DNA of 64,000 bases from the NCBI GenBank assembly GCA_035500505.1, contig DATJXE010000003.1, forward strand, positions 201,697-265,696. The letters run 5' to 3'. The notes beneath the pieces are model-generated. The model was given only the letters and a program-made list of their open reading frames with translations. It did not search any database and was not told where the DNA came from. Made by a program: the position numbers and the translations under genes. The stretch is from Minisyncoccota bacterium. Its GTDB lineage: Bacteria; Patescibacteriota; Minisyncoccia; Phycocordibacterales; UBA2100. Below are positions 57,546 to 64,000 of the stretch, one piece after another (the stretch's first letter is position 1; every line of letters begins with the position of its first letter).

Positions 57546-57938
57546 ATGAGGACGGTATCGTCGATCGTGTGTAGCGCGTTGCTGTTGATGCCCGGTTTTG
57601 CCCTTGCGGACAGCGCAATTCCGGTCGAACCGACGCCTCTCCAGCTTGCGACCAGGGTCGCCACAGTCGAGGCACAAGTGGCCGCCATGCAAGGTGGTCA
57701 GTCGCTCGCGTGCGCAATGCTCTTCAGCACCTCAAGCGTTCCTGTCGGGCAAGAGGTCATACTGGCTTGGGGTTCTGTGGGCGCCGTCGAGCAAACAACC
57801 GACACGTTGAACACGCGGCCGACGAACGGTGCCGTGACACTTCTGTTCTCGCAAGCGGGGACCTGGACCTATTCATTCAAGTTTTATGACGCGAGCAGCA
57901 ACAGCGTCACTTGCAAGGCGCAGATAAAAGTCCAGTAA
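57546..57938 (+). CDS. Hypothetical secreted protein with Ig/PKD-like C-terminus
   Basis: Signal peptide ending ALA; VILAW...GTWTYSF. Confidence 0.65.
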   Translation: MRTVSSIVCSALLLMPGFALADSAIPVEPTPLQLATRVATVEAQVAAMQGGQSLACAMLFSTSSVPVGQEVILAWGSVGAVEQTTDTLNTRPTNGAVTLLFSQAGTWTYSFKFYDASSNSVTCKAQIKVQ

Positions 57939-58073
57939 ATGCAGGTAATCGTTATCGAGGGAGGGATGGAACTGTTCTAAAATAAAGATAAAATCCAGCA
58001 AAAGAATGAGGCTGGGCATATATGCGCGTTCCTGTTTGAATCCCCGTTCAGAGGGTCATGATATATTTCCATC

Positions 58074-58322
58074 ATGGTGAAACGAAAAGAAAATAACTTC
58101 GATACGCTTGCCCGGCTCATCAAGGAGGAGGGAGAAGACATCCGTATTGAACTCGGCGGTAAGATTGATGGGGTCGACAAAGGCTTAAGTGCACTGGAGA
58201 AGAAAATGGACGAGGGGTTCACGGCAGTAAACCGTCGCTTAGATACCATCATCCAGGTGCAGCTCGACGAGCACGGACATCGCCTGAAAAAACTCGAAAC
58301 AGCGGTGTTTTCGGGCAAGTAA
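58074..58322 (+). CDS. Small coiled-coil protein
   Basis: Heptad pattern KIDGVDKGLSALEKKMDEGFTAVNRRLD...RLKKLE. Confidence 0.65.
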   Translation: MVKRKENNFDTLARLIKEEGEDIRIELGGKIDGVDKGLSALEKKMDEGFTAVNRRLDTIIQVQLDEHGHRLKKLETAVFSGK

Positions 58323-58357
58323 TAGCAGCTGCGAAGAAATGTGCTAGAGTAGTGCTC

Positions 58358-58963
58358 ATGCAACACCCATCCAAAGAACGCACGCTCGTATTACTGAAGC
58401 CCGACGCCATCCAGCGCGCACTCATGGGCGAGATCATCACTCGCTACGAACGTTTGGGGTTGAAACTCGTCGGCCTGAAAATGATAGTGCCAACCGAAGA
58501 ACAGGTCGAAGGACATTACACGCTCGACCCCAACTGGCGCCGCGTAACCGGCGAGAAGACCATTAAAGGCTATCGCGACAGAGGCCTCACGCCGCCTTCG
58601 GAGGACCCGCTCGAGATCACCGCGAAGATATTGAAGGGTCTCAAAAAGTACCTCACCGCAGGTCCCGTTATCGCGATGGTGTGGGAAGGAGCACATGCGG
58701 TGGAGCTCGTCAGGAAGATCACGGGCGGTACCGAGCCGCGTGGCGCGGCGGTAGGCACCATCCGAGGCGATTTCGTCCTCGATTCATACGTTATGTCTGA
58801 CAACGACGATCGCGCGGTACGCAACCTGATACATGCCTCCGGTTCCGTCGACGAAGCAAAAATGGAGATCCCGCATTGGTTCAAGAAGGAGGAACTCATC
58901 GACTACAAAGTGAAACACGAGGATATTATTTACGCGAAAGAACTTGAAGGCATCTTCGAGTGA
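58358..58963 (+). CDS. ndk: Nucleoside diphosphate kinase
   Basis: ERTLVLLKPDA, GPVIAMVWEG, GTIRGDF, RNLIHASGS. Confidence 0.95.
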   Translation: MQHPSKERTLVLLKPDAIQRALMGEIITRYERLGLKLVGLKMIVPTEEQVEGHYTLDPNWRRVTGEKTIKGYRDRGLTPPSEDPLEITAKILKGLKKYLTAGPVIAMVWEGAHAVELVRKITGGTEPRGAAVGTIRGDFVLDSYVMSDNDDRAVRNLIHASGSVDEAKMEIPHWFKKEELIDYKVKHEDIIYAKELEGIFE

Positions 58964-58965
58964 GT

Positions 58966-59247
58966 ATGCAGTACCTGCACCAGTCGACCTACGGCCATGC
59001 AGGAGGACTTCACATCGCAAAGCCCATCATGGCGATGGACAAGGGGCATATCTACGACATTAAGGACGGACGTCCCGATCTTTCGAAGCCCCTGTATCGT
59101 GTGCAGGAAGGGAAGGCGTATGCGACCGAGCACCATCCAAGCGGCCCCTCGGTGCATGCGATGTTCGAGATAAAAGGCGACAAAGTGCACACGACGCAAT
59201 TCCACCCCGCACACAACCCTTCTTCGCACGTCTTTGAAATTAAGTAG
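58966..59247 (+). CDS. Small His-rich protein with short beta repeats
   Basis: YDIKDG / YRVQEGKAYATEHHP / FEIKGDKVHTTQFHP repeated units. Confidence 0.6.
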   Translation: MQYLHQSTYGHAGGLHIAKPIMAMDKGHIYDIKDGRPDLSKPLYRVQEGKAYATEHHPSGPSVHAMFEIKGDKVHTTQFHPAHNPSSHVFEIK

Positions 59248-59249
59248 GA

Positions 59250-59388
59250 GGCAGAGGTGCGGGTGTGTTGTTTCTCGAACTCCTTACTCATCTCGGCTTC
59301 AACGCATATCACCACTGCAAAAAATACCCTCGGTAATCCGAACGTGTCGCGCGCGATGTTCGCTAAACAACACACCCGCACCTCTGCC
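59250..59388. repeat. Perfect 24-bp inverted repeat enclosing ~90 nt
   Basis: ggcagaggtgcgggtgtgttgttt (59250-59273) / aaacaacacacccgcacctctgcc (59365-59388); extends inward with cgaac/gttcg. Confidence 0.9.
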
Positions 59389-59447
59389 GTACACTTCCTA
59401 CTTCCTCTACATGCGTTCTTAATTTTGTGGGTGTATACTTCCATGTA

Positions 59448-59566
59448 GCGGCTGGTACTTAAACCTGCTTGGTAGAAGTACGGGATTCTCATATTGCTGC
59501 GGACTATTGTTTGCATGCTGCGGAAACCCACCTGGTCTCTAAGCCCAGGCTTGCCGTACCCGCCGC
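59448..59566 (+). ncRNA. Candidate ~120-nt structured non-coding RNA (rod-like hairpin)
   Basis: GTG-TATACT box at 59431-59439; 5' gcggctggtac pairs with 3' gtacccgccgc; inner helices; strong terminator directly after. Confidence 0.5.
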
Positions 59567-59567
59567 A

Positions 59568-59600
59568 CCAAAAAACCCGCCGATAAGGCGGGTTTTTTGG
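59568..59600 (+). terminator. Intrinsic terminator
   Basis: ccaaaaaacccgcc-gataa-ggcgggttttttgg. Confidence 0.85.
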
Positions 59601-59614
59601 TGTACGATACGGCG

Positions 59615-59974
59615 ATGCGAGCATTCACGGCGCAGGCGGTCATATTCATCCTCATCGCTGTTCTCTACTTCTATTTTGGATTTCACGAACGGTATCTTTT
59701 CACGATCTGGTGGTGGGACATCCCGCTGCACATTCTCGGCGGACTTTGGGTCGCGTTGGCCGGCACGTGGTTCTTCGGACTGTTCGGCATACGAGTCCGT
59801 CCCATGCAGGCGATAGCGCTGGCATTTTCTGTGGGAGTCGCGTGGGAACTATTCGAATACCTTTTCGGTATCGGCGGTTCGTTGTTCATGAGCTATCCTG
59901 TCGACACGGCGAAAGACCTCTTCGACGACGTTCTGGGGGGCGCGGTCGGCGCGCTTCTCCTCGGATACCTATGA
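59615..59974 (+). CDS. Membrane protein (DUF2238/VanZ-like)
   Basis: WWDIPLHILGG, GVAWELFEY, DTAKDLFDDVLG. Confidence 0.75.
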   Translation: MRAFTAQAVIFILIAVLYFYFGFHERYLFTIWWWDIPLHILGGLWVALAGTWFFGLFGIRVRPMQAIALAFSVGVAWELFEYLFGIGGSLFMSYPVDTAKDLFDDVLGGAVGALLLGYL

Positions 59975-61329
59975 GCGCGCGTATCACGTTCTGTGGCGGC
60001 GCAGGAACGGTGACGGGTGCGAATTTCTTGCTCGATACGGGCGACAAGAAGCTACTGGTGGATTGCGGCGCGCTCGAGCGCGAGCGCGTGTGCGACCCGG
60101 AGAACCTAAAAGCCTTCTCGTACGATCCTGCGTCCGTCGACGCGCTGTTCGTGACGCATGCGCACCAGGACCATATCGGCCGGGTGCCGAAGCTCGTGCG
60201 CGACGGATTTCGCGGCGCCATTTTCTCGACGCCCGCGACGAAAGAGCTGAGTGCGCTCATGTTCGAGGACGCGCTTTCCGTGATGCAGAACGAAAAGGAA
60301 CGGTACGGGTGCGATTTTTTGTATGAGCGACCCGATGTGGAGAGGGCCCTTTCGCTCTGGAAGACCCATGAATATCACGAATCGTTCGCCGTTGGGGACG
60401 CGCAGGTCGGATTCCTCGACGCAGGGCACATTCTCGGTTCGGCAATGGTCAAATTCGAGCGAGGCGGCAGGACAATTCTGTTTACCGGCGACATCGGCAA
60501 CTCTCCCGAACCGCTTTTGCATGACGTCGAGTCGGCGGCAGGTGCCAACTATCTCGTGATGGAAAGTGTGTACGGCGACCGTTCGCACGAAGACCGCGCC
60601 GCGAGACGCGAAATACTAAAGTCCGCTGTCGAAGAGACGCGAGAGAAAAAGGGAACGCTCCTCATCCCGTCATTTTCCATCGAGCGCACGCAAGTGCTCC
60701 TTTTTGAGCTGAAAGAAATGATGGAAAAAAAGGAGGTCCCGCTGACGCCGGTGTACTTGGATGCGCCGCTCGCGATACGGATAACCGAAGTATTCGAAAA
60801 ATATAAAAATGAGCTGAACGCGGCCGCTGCGGCGGAGGGTCGGGCCGGCCGCCCCCTCTTTTCTTTTCCGGAACTCCTCGAAACACCCCGCGTTTCCGAA
60901 TCTCGCGAGATACACGCGATGCCGGACCCGAAGGTCATCATCGCTGGTGCGGGGATGTCGTCCGGCGGAAGGGTCCGGGCGCACGAAAAACGCTACCTTT
61001 CGGAGAAAAACTCGGTCATTCTCTTGGTCGGCTACCAGGCGCCCGGAAGCCTGGGCAGGCGTATCCAGGACGGACAGCACAATGTCGTGATAGACGGGAA
61101 GAATATCCAGGTCCGCGCGCGCGTCATATCGCTCACCGGCTATTCCGGCCACGCGGACAAGGATCAGCTGCTCGCTTTTGCGGAAAGTGCGGGGGATTCC
61201 CTCGAAGAAGCCTTCGTTGTCATGGGAGAACCGAGGGCGTCCGGCTTTCTCGCGCAGCGCATCAAGGACTTTTTGGGCGTCGAGGCGCTCGTCCCGGCCC
61301 TGGGAGATTCGATTTCGATAAATTGGTGA
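59971..61329 (+). CDS. MBL-fold / beta-CASP ribonuclease (YSH1-like)
   Basis: GGAGTVTG, THAHQDHIG, AGHILGS, FTGDIG, MESVYG, GYQAPGSLGR, YSGHAD. Confidence 0.93.
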   Translation: MSARITFCGGAGTVTGANFLLDTGDKKLLVDCGALERERVCDPENLKAFSYDPASVDALFVTHAHQDHIGRVPKLVRDGFRGAIFSTPATKELSALMFEDALSVMQNEKERYGCDFLYERPDVERALSLWKTHEYHESFAVGDAQVGFLDAGHILGSAMVKFERGGRTILFTGDIGNSPEPLLHDVESAAGANYLVMESVYGDRSHEDRAARREILKSAVEETREKKGTLLIPSFSIERTQVLLFELKEMMEKKEVPLTPVYLDAPLAIRITEVFEKYKNELNAAAAAEGRAGRPLFSFPELLETPRVSESREIHAMPDPKVIIAGAGMSSGGRVRAHEKRYLSEKNSVILLVGYQAPGSLGRRIQDGQHNVVIDGKNIQVRARVISLTGYSGHADKDQLLAFAESAGDSLEEAFVVMGEPRASGFLAQRIKDFLGVEALVPALGDSISINW

Positions 61330-61342
61330 TATAATCCTGCGA

Positions 61343-62023
61343 ATGGCGAAGCGAGTACTCCATCCAAATCACAGCGCGGTCCCACAGAATTTTTGCCGTT
61401 TGCCCGACGGGTACGGCATTGTGAAGGTCGCTGTTTCCGGTTCTGCCGACACGACCTATTCGGGTCTGGACGCGTTCGAAAAAGCGAAAGAGCTCGGGCG
61501 GGAGATCGCGAAAGCGGGAGCTATCATCAATACCGGCGCGACGACCGGATTCCCAATGTACGCCGCGATCGGTGCGAAGGACGAATGCGGATTTTCAATA
61601 GGATTTTCTCCGGCTTCCACCGAACGCGAACACCTCGAGACGTACAAGCTCCCGCTCGACTACATGGACGTCGTCGTCTACACGGGTTTTGGGTACTCGG
61701 GCCGCGATCTTCTCCTCGTGCGCTCGTCGGACGCCGTCGTTATCGGACCAGGCCGCATCGGCACCTTAAACGAGTTCGCGGTTGCATTCGAAGACCGCCG
61801 GCCCATCGGTATCTTGGAAGGCGATTGGCACACCGATGAATTCTTGCGGCAGGTCATCGACGCCGCGCACCGCCCCAATGAGAATATCGTCTTCGATCCC
61901 GACCCTAAAAAGCTCATCGATCGTCTCATCGAACTGGCCCAAAAACAGAAAGGGAAGGACCTCGTCTACAATAATCACGACACCTGGAGCGCGACGGGCA
62001 AGAATGCGGAGGTGATTTTGTAA
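61343..62023 (+). CDS. LOG/SLOG-family protein
   Basis: TGATTG.P, GFSPA, YTGFGYSGRD, GRIGTLNEF. Confidence 0.8.
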   Translation: MAKRVLHPNHSAVPQNFCRLPDGYGIVKVAVSGSADTTYSGLDAFEKAKELGREIAKAGAIINTGATTGFPMYAAIGAKDECGFSIGFSPASTEREHLETYKLPLDYMDVVVYTGFGYSGRDLLLVRSSDAVVIGPGRIGTLNEFAVAFEDRRPIGILEGDWHTDEFLRQVIDAAHRPNENIVFDPDPKKLIDRLIELAQKQKGKDLVYNNHDTWSATGKNAEVIL

Positions 62024-62043
62024 ACCGCACTTCGGCAAACAAT

Positions 62044-62616
62044 TCAAAAATCGTATACGAACAACAAATGCTGCCCGTGGGCGCCAACGGTTTCCGTGAG
62101 CGCGATCACGTTCGAAAGTTCCTTGCGAGCGAAGGGGAACGCGCGGGATGCGACGCGGCCCTTGAACTCGCGCTCGAACTTCGGCTGGAGGCGGTACATG
62201 ACCGAATCGAGCAGGTATGCGTACACCTTGTTCGCCTCCGAAAAATCCGTCCTGAAGAAATTCCCCCGACGGAATTCCACGTTGCCTGGATTGCCGGCGC
62301 GATACCTTCGGAAGAGCGCGGCCGCGTGAAGGAGGGGATTGCGTTCGATGCCGACGAATCGCGAACGTGGCGAAAGCGAGGCACACGCAAGGACGAAACG
62401 GCCGTCGCCGCTTCCCAATTCATACACCACATCGCCCGGCCAGACTTCCAGGGCGAGCGCGACGGTCGACGCATACCGAGGCGGCGTCGGTACGAACGGC
62501 ACATCCAAATGTCCGGAGATGACCCACACCAAGATGCGCACCAAAAAGACCGCTATCGCGGCCAAAAGCAAGAGTTGTACGACGAGCAGGACCACTTCAA
62601 GCAAAAGCGCCCCCAT
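62044..62616 (-). CDS. Membrane-anchored SAM-dependent methyltransferase
   Basis: N-terminal TM, VPFVPTP, YELGSGDGR, GIERNP. Confidence 0.88.
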   Translation of the reverse strand: MGALLLEVVLLVVQLLLLAAIAVFLVRILVWVISGHLDVPFVPTPPRYASTVALALEVWPGDVVYELGSGDGRFVLACASLSPRSRFVGIERNPLLHAAALFRRYRAGNPGNVEFRRGNFFRTDFSEANKVYAYLLDSVMYRLQPKFEREFKGRVASRAFPFARKELSNVIALTETVGAHGQHLLFVYDF

Positions 62617-62633
62617 CCGCCTACTGTAGCATC

Positions 62634-62981
62634 TTAGCGCTTGAGGTGTTGGAGCACCCGGCTGAGAACTTCCGGATGCTTCATCGCAAGCGCGGAAAGC
62701 GACTTTCTGTCGAGCGCCACGCCTGCCTTTTTCAGCGCACTGATCAATTTCGAATAGGAAAGGCCGTTCTCGCGCGCCGCGGCGTTGATGCGCAGCGTGA
62801 AGAGCTGGCGGAATTCGCGCTTCTTTGCCCTTCGGTGGCGGAACGCGTGGGCGCCTGCGTGACGAATGGCTTCCTTGGCGACGCGCTCCTTGCTCTTGCG
62901 GCCGAAACGATAGCCTTTGGTCTGTGCAAGGATGTTCTTGCGACGTTTATTTTTTGAGACCCCACGTTTTACTCGTGCCAT
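62634..62981 (-). CDS. rplT: 50S ribosomal protein L20
   Basis: MARVKRG, KKREFRQL, RINAAAR, LDRKSLS. Confidence 0.97.
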   Translation of the reverse strand: MARVKRGVSKNKRRKNILAQTKGYRFGRKSKERVAKEAIRHAGAHAFRHRRAKKREFRQLFTLRINAAARENGLSYSKLISALKKAGVALDRKSLSALAMKHPEVLSRVLQHLKR

Positions 62982-62990
62982 AGAAAAAAG

Positions 62991-63176
62991 TTAGTTCAGA
63001 AAACGGCTCTTTGCGGTGTTGTCGAGCGCCGCGTGGAACGTGCCCGCGCGGTTATGCCGCTGTTTCTCGCTGCCGGAACGCTTGGCGTTGAAATGGTTCT
63101 GGCCCGGCGCCCGCGCGACGATTTTGCCGCGTTTGGTGACACGAAGCCTTTTCATGAACGACTTGTTGGATTTCAT
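62991..63176 (-). CDS. rpmI: 50S ribosomal protein L35
   Basis: KRLRVTKRGKI...HFNAKR; between infC and rplT. Confidence 0.88.
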   Translation of the reverse strand: MKSNKSFMKRLRVTKRGKIVARAPGQNHFNAKRSGSEKQRHNRAGTFHAALDNTAKSRFLN

Positions 63177-63829
63177 ATGGTTTTTTCTTCTTGAGAAGCG
63201 ACCTCTGCCTTTTGAGGGCGGTTTCCGCCAGATGCGCGGGCTCCGGACCCATCAGCCTTGGGCTGGGATCGGCCCTGGGCCGACTTCGAGGTATCCTTCT
63301 CGAGAACGACCGAGAGGCCTTTGGGGCTCATCTTGATCTCGTCGGCGATTTTATACGATTCCGGGATGATTGCAAGGAAGCGTTCGAGCCGCTCCTTGAG
63401 GAAAGCGAACTCCATGTACTTGTAGCGGCCCCACAAAAAGAGGTCGACCTTGACCCGGTGGCCCTCGCGCAGCCACGCCGCTATCTTCGAGGCTTTGATG
63501 TTCATGTCGTTCGCCGAGGTACCTATCTTCACCTGCGCCTCTTTCGTCTCGGTGACCTTCGCCCGCTGCTTTACTTCCTTGTCTTTTTTCTTCTGCTCGT
63601 ACTTGAACTTGCCGTAATCAGTGATCTTGCACACGGGAGGATTAGCGTTGGGCGATATCTCGATGAGATCGAGACCAAGTTCACGCGCTTTCGCGAGCGC
63701 CTCGGCTATCGCGACAACCCCGAAGTTCTCGCCTTCGGGCCCCAGGAGCCGCACCTCTTTGGCTCGTATGCCCTCATTCATGCGGACGCGCTCTTTGTCC
63801 GCTTGCGTCGTGTATTTAGTGAATCCCAT
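63173..63829 (-). CDS. infC: Translation initiation factor IF-3
   Basis: NEGIRAKEVRL, LDLIEISPNANPPVCKITDYGKFKYE. Confidence 0.96.
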   Translation of the reverse strand: MGFTKYTTQADKERVRMNEGIRAKEVRLLGPEGENFGVVAIAEALAKARELGLDLIEISPNANPPVCKITDYGKFKYEQKKKDKEVKQRAKVTETKEAQVKIGTSANDMNIKASKIAAWLREGHRVKVDLFLWGRYKYMEFAFLKERLERFLAIIPESYKIADEIKMSPKGLSVVLEKDTSKSAQGRSQPKADGSGARASGGNRPQKAEVASQEEKTI

Positions 63830-63884
63830 TCGTCGCGGGATTGTAGCACGAAAAATCCAACGCCGCTACCGGGCGGAATGGACC

Positions 63885-64000
63885 CTATCGAGTGCCCAAG
63901 AACGAAAGGAGCCCGAGTAGAGCCGATTTTAGCGAGGAGAATAGTTGTTGGAAAGGAGAGTAGGACTGCGAGCCGAACGTGCTGCCCGAGACGGTACCGG
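63885..64000 (-). CDS. 3' end of a CDS truncated by the window edge (...QQLFSSLKSALLGLLSFLGTR*)
   Basis: Open frame on the minus strand ending in TAG at 63885-63887. Confidence 0.4.
   Translation of the reverse strand, partial: GTVSGSTFGSQSYSPFQQLFSSLKSALLGLLSFLGTR

Noticed and set aside
59515-59540. Minus-strand CAGG...AGCA resembling SRP RNA helix 8
   Set aside because: Loop is not GNRA, spacing is off, and promoter/terminator point to the plus strand
63945-63985. gagagtaggactgc resembling the 3' part of 5S rRNA
   Set aside because: No other 5S motifs or terminal helix; the region reads as the end of a minus-strand CDS

Overview
Bacterial chromosome segment, very probably from a Candidate Phyla Radiation (Patescibacteria, Parcubacteria-like) genome. 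The supporting signs are the absence of rpmD between rpsE and rplO, a split ComEC, a stand-alone VirD4/TraG-like ATPase, pilin-like genes, and TGn-TAnnnT boxes 6-7 nt before many start codons. The backbone is the str/S10/spc ribosomal super-operon (rpsL-rpsG-fusA-tuf-rpsJ-rplC...secY-adk-map) plus tpiA, pgk, recJ, rnhA, a superoxide dismutase, rpmB, gmk, purD, ndk and infC-rpmI-rplT. The super-operon is repeatedly interrupted by accessory genes. The largest insertion (~13.8 kb, between rpsJ and rplC) holds the main find, an unusual RiPP-like system. A minus-strand operon encodes YcaO, a SagB-type dehydrogenase, an OPRT-like phosphoribosyltransferase fused to PQQ-type beta-propeller repeats, an unknown helical protein and an Asn-synthetase/lasso-cyclase-like enzyme. 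It is transcribed divergently from a 101-aa membrane-targeted Gly/Ser/Asp/Cys-rich candidate precursor, which is followed by two membrane-anchored TPR-like proteins and a large Cys/Gly-rich surface protein. Other observations are a Janus/PHPT1-like protein inserted antisense in the S10 operon, a ~120-nt candidate ncRNA with its own promoter and terminator, three long perfect inverted repeats, and several small ORFs missing from the ORF track. No tRNA, rRNA, CRISPR array or transposase was recognised. All assignments come from reading motifs by eye; no database search was run.
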